NCBI RefSeq assembly: GCF_004010195.1
Contig: NC_057718.1
Location: 68,017,872-68,081,871, forward strand
Source of the DNA: Chiloscyllium plagiosum
Taxonomy: Eukaryota
Length of the DNA stretch: 64,000 nt
Reading direction: 5' to 3'
A model generated the notes under the pieces. It ran no database searches, was not told the origin of the DNA, and was given only the letters and a program-made list of their open reading frames with translations. The position numbers and the translations under genes are program-made. Below are positions 63,430 to 64,000 of the stretch, in pieces; within the stretch, counting starts at the first letter, position 1; the number at the start of each line of letters is the position of its first letter.

Positions 63430-64000
63430 GAACAAAAGATTTACAAGGATGTTACCAGGGTTGGAGCGTTTGAGCATGGGTAGGGTAAATAGACAAGGAC
63501 TTCTCCCCAGGGTAGGAGAGTCCAAAACGAGAGGGCATAAGATTAAGGTGAGAGGGGAAAAGTTTAAGATCAGAGGGGAAAGATATTGGAGGTGTAGAGG
63601 ACAGCGAAGAGGGTTACCTCAGATTACAATAGGATCTTGACCAGATGAGCTGAGAAGTGGCGGATGGAGTTTAATTCAGATAAATGCAAGGAGCTGCATT
63701 TTGCGAAAGCAAATCTTAGCAGGACTTGTACACTTAATGGTAAGGTCCTAGGGAGTGTTGCTGAACAAAGAGACCTTGGAGTGCACAATCATAGCTCCTT
63801 GAAAGTGGAGTCGCAGGTAGATAGGATAGTGAAGAAGGCGTTTGGTATGCTTTCCTTTATTGGTCGGAGTATTGAGTACAGGAGTTGGGCGGTCATGTTG
63901 TGGCTGTATAGGACATGACCTCCCAACTCAGTTAGGCCACTGTTGGAATAGTGCATGCAATTCTTGTCTCCTTCCTATCGGAAAGATGTTGTGAAAGTTG
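63430..64000 (+). mobile_element. Rearranged CR1 fragments continuing past the window end
   Basis: KRFTRMLPGLE segment followed by upstream RT sequence (MEFNSDKCKELHF). Confidence 0.8.

Noticed and set aside
31596..64000. Next ARID1B exon (QGSFPGMNQ-like) and the ARID domain
   Set aside because: Not seen by eye on the + strand; probably beyond the window, although a short exon could have been missed

Overview
Eukaryotic, AT-rich intronic DNA from a cartilaginous fish. The HE1/V-SINEs, Deu-domain SINEs and the CR1 and Penelope families point to a shark, probably a carpet shark (inference). The window lies inside the + strand ARID1B gene (BAF/SWI-SNF subunit). Three phase-compatible coding exons are visible: 1423-1602, 23616-23955 and a 129-nt symmetric exon at 31467-31595 followed by RBFOX and QKI motifs. 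The rest is intron filled with decayed CR1 LINEs (one nearly full length), Penelope-like elements (PLEs), SINEs, L2/Rex/RTE fragments, a Tc1/Tigger-type MITE and a probable solo LTR. The most notable non-genic structures are: (i) more than ten short, TSD-flanked, often fold-back PLE-derived inserts carrying minimal hammerhead ribozyme cores; (ii) a ~290-bp-stem PLE hairpin just upstream of an exon; (iii) a 73-bp tandem array built on a CR1 3' tail, with 146-bp and 951-bp higher-order structure; (iv) a templated micro-inversion in a CR1 endonuclease. No prokaryotic systems, CRISPR arrays, tRNA or rRNA genes were found. All calls were made by eye, and boundaries of decayed repeats are approximate.
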